Program-made: the position numbers and the translations under genes
In this document: positions 58,219 through 64,000 of the stretch, one piece after another
Layout: each line of letters starts with the position of its first letter
Position numbering within the stretch: position 1 is the first letter of the stretch
The notes under the pieces: model-generated
Told to the model about the DNA's origin: nothing
What the model saw: only the letters and a program-made list of their open reading frames with translations
Databases searched by the model: none
Assembly (NCBI GenBank): GCA_035318845.1
Contig: DATHDV010000213.1
Coordinates: 267-64,266 of the forward strand
DNA length: 64,000 nt
Reading direction: 5' to 3'
Source of the DNA: Chitinophagaceae bacterium
GTDB lineage: Bacteria > Bacteroidota > Bacteroidia > Chitinophagales > Chitinophagaceae

Positions 58219-59874
58219 ATGTCTAAAAACTTAAGTGAGCTTTCCGGGAGAAAAGGATTAAACGAAAATCTTTTCGAAGAGCTGGGTATTGCTGCCCGGC
58301 CGGCGGGAACCCCTTCTGTTGAAAAAATGGAAATACTCGCCGATGAATTCATCATGGGCAAGGCCAATGTATATGGGGCTGCGAGTTTTTATGATTTCCT
58401 CAAACCAGGGAACCAGGGAAAGAAAGTATATATCTGCAACGGCAGTTCCTGCCTGACTGCCGGCACGCAAGATGTTCTGAAAGAAAAACTACTGAAACAA
58501 TATAAGCCAGAGGAGATCGGTGAAATGTGTTGCCTGGGAAGATGCCACGAGAACAATTCGTTTCATATTGGTGGAAAAAATTATTCGGGCAATGCTATTG
58601 ATGAGATTGATGCCATTAAAAAAAATAATACAATTGTTGCTGACAAATACAATGTGGCTTCTTATGGTACTGCAGTCCTCACTTCTTCTTTTCCCGGAAT
58701 AAAAGAATATTATTCCATACTGCCTGATGTATTAAAAAGATCTGCAGATGAATTACTGGAAGAATTAAAAATATCAGGGTTACGGGGTCGTGGCGGAGCC
58801 GGTTTTCCCATCGCTTTTAAATTGGATGCCTGCAAAAAAGAAACGGCAAAACAAAAATTCATTGTATGCAATGCAGATGAAGGTGACCCCGGCGCTTATA
58901 GCGACCGATATTTACTGGAACTTCAACCGCATAGCGTTTTACTGGGAATGATGATCGCCGGGTATATTGCCGGTGCTGATGTTGGCGTTGTATATATCCG
59001 GGCAGAATATCCTGAATCAATTACAATAACTCAGAATGCGATCGATGACCTGCACAAGCTGCATTTGCTGGGTGAAAATATTTTAGGGTCCGGCTTTAAT
59101 TTCAACTTCAAAGTGATCGGTGCGCAGGGTGCCTATATCTGCGGCGAAGAAACTGCCTTACTTTCTTCTATCGAAGGACAAAGACCGGAGGTAAGAGTTC
59201 GCCCACCTTATCCAGTACAACAGGGATTGTTTAATAAACCAACGGTTGTAAACAATGTGGAAACGTTGGCCTGCATTCCTTATATCATTAAAAACGGCGG
59301 AAAGAAATTTGCTTCCATTGGTATTGGCAAATCAACCGGAACAAAATTGATATCGTTGGATGGTTTCTTTAATAAACCCGGGATTTATGAAGTAGATATG
59401 GGAACCCCGCTTTCTGTTGTGGTGAACGATCTCGGAGGCGGATTTAACTCAGCAATAAAAGCCATGCATATCGGAGGTCCGCTGGGTGGTTTGGTTCCTG
59501 TTTCTAAGATCAATGATCTTACGGTTGACTTCGAATCTTTTTCCCAAAATGGTTTTTTACTGGGACACGCTTCTGTTGTTTGTATTCCTGAAGATTTTCC
59601 AATCATAAAATACCTGGAACATTTATTTGAGTTTACCGCACATGAAAGTTGTGGTAAATGTTTTCCCTGTCGTCTTGGTTCGGTAAGAGGATACGAGATG
59701 CTGAAGAAAGCGCAGGAAAGTGATTATAAGATCGACAGGACATTGCTGAATGACCTGATAGAAACTTTGGAGATCGGTTCGCTTTGTGCATTGGGTGGGG
59801 GATTGCCTCTTCCCATAAAAAATGCATTGCAGTATTTTGATAAAGAACTATCACCTTACTTTAAAAAATCCTGA
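58219..59874 (+). CDS. NAD-linked formate dehydrogenase flavoprotein subunit (NuoE-like [2Fe-2S] domain fused to NuoF-like FMN/NADH subunit)
   Basis: ICNGSSC...CCLGRC; GLRGRGGAGFP; CNADEGDPG; YIRAEY; GAYICGEET; NNVET; ESCGKCFPCR...SLC. Confidence 0.9.
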   Translation: MSKNLSELSGRKGLNENLFEELGIAARPAGTPSVEKMEILADEFIMGKANVYGAASFYDFLKPGNQGKKVYICNGSSCLTAGTQDVLKEKLLKQYKPEEIGEMCCLGRCHENNSFHIGGKNYSGNAIDEIDAIKKNNTIVADKYNVASYGTAVLTSSFPGIKEYYSILPDVLKRSADELLEELKISGLRGRGGAGFPIAFKLDACKKETAKQKFIVCNADEGDPGAYSDRYLLELQPHSVLLGMMIAGYIAGADVGVVYIRAEYPESITITQNAIDDLHKLHLLGENILGSGFNFNFKVIGAQGAYICGEETALLSSIEGQRPEVRVRPPYPVQQGLFNKPTVVNNVETLACIPYIIKNGGKKFASIGIGKSTGTKLISLDGFFNKPGIYEVDMGTPLSVVVNDLGGGFNSAIKAMHIGGPLGGLVPVSKINDLTVDFESFSQNGFLLGHASVVCIPEDFPIIKYLEHLFEFTAHESCGKCFPCRLGSVRGYEMLKKAQESDYKIDRTLLNDLIETLEIGSLCALGGGLPLPIKNALQYFDKELSPYFKKS

Positions 59875-59876
59875 TC

Positions 59877-62702
59877 ATGGGTATCGTGTACAGAAAAGAT
59901 GATAAGCATACACAGGAACAAAAAGGCAAAACCGTTACATATGGTTCTTCCAATGGCAATGGCACATTAAAAACCAATGTGGCTTATATCAATAACGAGC
60001 CTTTTGAGATCAAAGAAGGAGAAACGATCATTTCTTTTATCAGGAGAAATTTTGGAAAAGATGCTGTGCCTACATTATGCGATGCGCCCAACCTTGAACC
60101 TTTCGGTTCCTGCCGGGTATGCAGTGTTGATGTTGCGTTAAAAGAAAATGGTCCTGTAAAAACACAGGCCTCCTGTCATACGCCGGTGATGGTGGGTTCT
60201 TTTATTTATCCCGATTCAGACCGCATACAAAAACTCAGAAGGAATATTATTGAACTGGTACTTACCGATCATCCGCTTGATTGTCTTACCTGTGAAGTGA
60301 ATAATAATTGTGAACTACAAGAGGTGGCGGCAAGAGTAGGCATCCGTGATGTTCGTTATCCCGAAGGAAAAAATCATTTGGATAGAAAAAAAGATCTCAG
60401 TCACCCTTACATGACCTCCGATCTTTCAAAGTGCATCAATTGTTTCCGTTGTGTGCGGGCCTGCGATGAAGTGCAGGGACAATTTGTGTTGAGCATGGTG
60501 GGTCGTGGTTTTGACAGCCATATCATCAAAGGCTCCGATGTTAGTTTCAATGAAAGTGATTGTGTAAGCTGCGGCGCCTGTGCCCAGGCTTGTCCCACTT
60601 CTGCTATCAGCGATGTTTTTGAATCCAAGTCCATTGTATTTGATAAAAAAGTCAGAACGGTTTGTACCTATTGCGGTGTTGGTTGCAACCTGGATGTTGC
60701 GGTAAGTGCAGGAACCATCAAATCCATACAAGCTCCTTATGATGCAGAAGCAAATGCGGGTCACACTTGCCTGAAAGGTCGTTATGCTTTTTCATTTTAT
60801 AATCACCCGGATCGTATCCGCACTCCATTGATCAAAAAGAATGGTGAATTTGTGGAAGCCACCTGGGAAGAAGCTTATGATTTCATTGCAACAAAACTCA
60901 CTGAATTAAAAAATACATACGGCCCGGATTCTATTGCCGGCATTTCATCAGCAAGATGCACCAATGAAGAGAACTATATCATGCAGAAATTCATCCGGGC
61001 GGTGATCGGAACCAATAATATCGACAGTTGTGCGAGGGTTTGTCATTCACCCACTGCTATTGGTATGCAAAGAACATTTGGAACGGGTGCTGCCACCAAT
61101 TCTGTTATTGACATGCAATACACCGATTGCATGATGGTGATCGGCGCCAACCCCACGGATGCGCACCCGGTTACAGGCGCCAAGATGAAACAGCAGGCTA
61201 TGAAAGGCAAAACGCTTATCATCATTGATCCAAGAAAAACAGAATTGGTAAAATATGCAAACTATCATTTGCAATTGCGCCCCGGCACCAACGTGGCATT
61301 GCTGAACATGATGCTGTATTATATCATCAAAGAAAATTTAGAGGACAAAGATTTTATTGCGGCCCGCACAGAAGGATATGATGGGTTCAGAGAAAGTATT
61401 TTACAATTGAACATTGATGAACTGGAAAAAATTACCAGCGTTGACCGCAACCTTGTTCGTGAAGCAGCTATAGCGTATGCAAGTGCGCCGAATGCCATGT
61501 CTTTTCACGGATTGGGTGTTACCGAACATTCACAGGGAACATATGCTGTAATGCTGATCGCAGACCTGGCAATGATCACCGGCAATATCGGAAGAAGAGG
61601 AGTAGGAGTAAATCCATTGCGTGGACAAAACAATGTGCAGGGCGCTGCCGACATGGGTTGTCAACCTTACCAGGGTGCAGGTTACCTCGATGTGACCAAC
61701 CCCGAGATACATAAAATGTATGAAGAGTTCTACCATGCAAAACTGCCATTGCATGTGGGTTATAAAATTCCGCAGATGTATGATGCGGCGCTGAATAATA
61801 AATTAAAAGCTATCTGGGTGGTTGGTGAGGACATGGCGCAGACAGATCCCAACACACATCATGTGGTGGCGGCATTAAAGAATCTTGAGTTGTTCGTAGT
61901 GCAGGAATTATTCATGACAGAAACTTCCAAATTGGCCCATGTAATTCTTCCCGGTGCTTCCTTCCTGGAGAAAAGCGGAACATTCACCAATGGTGAAAGA
62001 AGGATTCAACGAGTGAATAAAGTGGTTGAGCCCATTGAAGGAACAAAGAGCGACGGACAGATCATCGTGGATATCATGAACCGGATGGGATATGAGCAGG
62101 CCGACTATGATCCTGAAACCATGCTGGAAGAAATTTCACAGGTGGTTCCTTTCTTTGCAGGAGTTAAATGGAATGAGTTGGGTGATAACGGCAAACAATG
62201 GCCCGTGCTGAAAGATGGAACCGATACCGAGATCCTGCATTTGAACAATTTTACAAGAGGAAAGGGGAAATTCATGTTCAATGCATTTAAAGAATCGGAG
62301 GAGATCGTGCAGCACGGAAAAGAATATCCTTATATTATCACAACCAACCGGGAGCTGGAGCATTATAACTGCGGCACCATGACAAGACGAACCCGCAATG
62401 CGCAGATACTGACCGAAGATGTATTGCTGATCTGCGAAGAAGATGCCCGCAAACACCTGATCAATGATGGCGATATGGTTTGTGTGGAATCACCCCGCGG
62501 CAAAGTGGATATCAAAGCAAAGATCACCGACGAAGTAAAACCCGGCATACTCAGCAGTACTTTCCATTTCCCCGATATCATGCTGAACAATATCACTTCC
62601 AGTATCAGCGACTCTGAAGCCATGTGCCCGGAATATAAAGTGGTGGCTTGTACTATCAGGAAGAGCAAGGGGAAGTATAAATTAAATAAACAGGATCAAT
62701 AG
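59877..62702 (+). CDS. fdhF: Formate dehydrogenase alpha subunit (Mo-bisPGD, Cys ligand, N-terminal Fe-S domains)
   Basis: GSCRVC, DHPLDCLTC, CINCFRCVRAC, CVSCGACAQACP, CTYCGVGC, CLKG; active site DSCARVCHSP; PLRGQNNVQG. Confidence 0.95.
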   Translation: MGIVYRKDDKHTQEQKGKTVTYGSSNGNGTLKTNVAYINNEPFEIKEGETIISFIRRNFGKDAVPTLCDAPNLEPFGSCRVCSVDVALKENGPVKTQASCHTPVMVGSFIYPDSDRIQKLRRNIIELVLTDHPLDCLTCEVNNNCELQEVAARVGIRDVRYPEGKNHLDRKKDLSHPYMTSDLSKCINCFRCVRACDEVQGQFVLSMVGRGFDSHIIKGSDVSFNESDCVSCGACAQACPTSAISDVFESKSIVFDKKVRTVCTYCGVGCNLDVAVSAGTIKSIQAPYDAEANAGHTCLKGRYAFSFYNHPDRIRTPLIKKNGEFVEATWEEAYDFIATKLTELKNTYGPDSIAGISSARCTNEENYIMQKFIRAVIGTNNIDSCARVCHSPTAIGMQRTFGTGAATNSVIDMQYTDCMMVIGANPTDAHPVTGAKMKQQAMKGKTLIIIDPRKTELVKYANYHLQLRPGTNVALLNMMLYYIIKENLEDKDFIAARTEGYDGFRESILQLNIDELEKITSVDRNLVREAAIAYASAPNAMSFHGLGVTEHSQGTYAVMLIADLAMITGNIGRRGVGVNPLRGQNNVQGAADMGCQPYQGAGYLDVTNPEIHKMYEEFYHAKLPLHVGYKIPQMYDAALNNKLKAIWVVGEDMAQTDPNTHHVVAALKNLELFVVQELFMTETSKLAHVILPGASFLEKSGTFTNGERRIQRVNKVVEPIEGTKSDGQIIVDIMNRMGYEQADYDPETMLEEISQVVPFFAGVKWNELGDNGKQWPVLKDGTDTEILHLNNFTRGKGKFMFNAFKESEEIVQHGKEYPYIITTNRELEHYNCGTMTRRTRNAQILTEDVLLICEEDARKHLINDGDMVCVESPRGKVDIKAKITDEVKPGILSSTFHFPDIMLNNITSSISDSEAMCPEYKVVACTIRKSKGKYKLNKQDQ

Positions 62703-62708
62703 AAAGGC

Positions 62709-63374
62709 TTACTTCTTTAATATTTTTTTCTCTTCCAAATGTTTTATAAGGTCTGCCATATAGCTGTGGCTGAAAGAAACCAACTCAGCTTCATCGAAAA
62801 AACCCGATTTTTCCGAATAGACATTCTCCACTGATGTGGCGTCATATAGTTCGCTCAATAAATAAAAGCCTTTTTCTTTGGTATAGTATGCCGGCGCGGA
62901 AATATCCTTTTTATACTTAGTGTCGTCGTTCCTGTCAACTTTTTTACTATATTCTTTAAACCCTAATACAAGTATTCCTACAAAGCCGGAAAGCATGGGG
63001 TCCGTGCCTTTAAAATTCATGCCGGCATTGTATTTTACATCATCCCCATTCTTTAAAAAATAAACAATACAAAGGGCGTCGCATCCGGTTGCCTTTACTT
63101 TAGCTGCAAGTTCTTCCTGGGATGGCGGTTTTGGATCATTAAGTACCGGCGGTATTACATCGATACTTTTTACAGCTTTATAGCCCTTTGATTCTGCAGC
63201 GAGTGCTAATTCTTTTTCCAGTCGCACCCTAAACTCTATATCGGCTGTATTGGCAATTATGAACAGGTTATTATAGGTCTTACCTCCAATCTTCTTATCT
63301 GTTGAATTTTTAGTTGATGAACAGGATAATAAAAGAGGAAAAATGAATACAGAAAAAATATGTATTCTTTTCAT
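62709..63374 (-). CDS. Hypothetical lipoprotein
   Basis: Lipobox LLSC after MKRIHIFSVFIFP. Confidence 0.75.
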   Translation of the reverse strand: MKRIHIFSVFIFPLLLSCSSTKNSTDKKIGGKTYNNLFIIANTADIEFRVRLEKELALAAESKGYKAVKSIDVIPPVLNDPKPPSQEELAAKVKATGCDALCIVYFLKNGDDVKYNAGMNFKGTDPMLSGFVGILVLGFKEYSKKVDRNDDTKYKKDISAPAYYTKEKGFYLLSELYDATSVENVYSEKSGFFDEAELVSFSHSYMADLIKHLEEKKILKK

Positions 63375-63428
63375 GATGTTTTTTTTGACCATCATAAAAT
63401 TAAATATTTATTTATACTGTTTTACTTT

Positions 63429-64000
63429 TTAAACAGGCATATATCCCTTTCCCAACTTCTCCCTCAACATCTTTTCTTTTTCTTTTATCGCCTTTTCGGT
63501 ATTTTCAAAAGACTTCAGCTGCACTTGTCCTTTCGTGCCAATTCTTCCAAAGCGGATGATCAGCTTATTTTCCTGGGTGGCCGCTTCCCAAAATTTATTG
63601 CTGATGGCATCAGTAAATTCAACCCGTTCAAACTGCAAACCTTCAAAACCGGGAATAATTACTGGCTGGTTCACGGGTTTTGTTTCTTCAACGGGTACAA
63701 TCGGAAGCTCTTTAACTGTCTCAACAATAACAGAAGTTTCGTTTTCTTCTTCCGGCAACTCCATTACCGGTTCTTCCTTAATTCTTTTTATGATTTGTTC
63801 TATAACTTTTTCCGGCTGTTGTAACCAGTCTTTGGCAAATACATTAATACTGCGCCAGCCGAATGACTGAAGAATGGCCGGTCGCTGGTAGTATTGCTCC
63901 ACCAAATTGCTATTACTGTAATGTTTGTCATCATCCATTAATATTCCTAAAGTATAATCTTCGTCCCCGGTCTTAAGTTTTACAGCCAATGAACATTTAA
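63429..64000 (-). CDS. 3' end of a larger protein: Vsr/REase-like domain followed by a C-terminal WGR domain
   Basis: Frame open to the window edge; LGILMD...QYYQRPAILQSFGWRSINVFAKDW; FWEA......IIRFGRIGTKGQ (WGR). Confidence 0.75.
   Translation of the reverse strand, partial: KCSLAVKLKTGDEDYTLGILMDDDKHYSNSNLVEQYYQRPAILQSFGWRSINVFAKDWLQQPEKVIEQIIKRIKEEPVMELPEEENETSVIVETVKELPIVPVEETKPVNQPVIIPGFEGLQFERVEFTDAISNKFWEAATQENKLIIRFGRIGTKGQVQLKSFENTEKAIKEKEKMLREKLGKGYMPV

Noticed and set aside
26004-62702. Selenocysteine (UGA) recoding in selD or fdhF
   Set aside because: Both genes are uninterrupted, with Cys codons at the relevant positions

Overview
Bacteroidota chromosomal window, most like Chitinophagaceae (TAnnTTTG promoter elements, Rho with a long N-terminal insert, IPExxxVDY-family gene, T9SS-cargo-like fragment). 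It is mostly a housekeeping backbone (gcvT, asnS, rho, mnmH/selU, selD, feoB/feoA, nadD, ybeY, mnmG, ssb) with accessory genes in between. The accessory genes include two tandem outer-membrane beta-barrel paralogues, a SWIM-SNF2 helicase, padR-pspC, an exported TPR-CHAT protease, an exported WD40-caspase, and a mobA-fhs-fdhD-NAD-linked formate dehydrogenase cluster. The best candidate for an undescribed system is a three-gene operon at 41335-44491: SET methyltransferase, Ddl-like ATP-grasp ligase, and an ATP-grasp/SET fusion. Other notable items are two signal-less lysin-like genes between 16-bp direct repeats next to ssb, an apparent head-to-head deletion junction at about 45043, and about 20 short periodic or palindromic elements. 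Three of those elements sit in-frame inside mnmH and an amidinotransferase gene. I found no tRNA, rRNA, CRISPR array, integrase or transposase. All calls come from reading motifs by eye; no database was searched.
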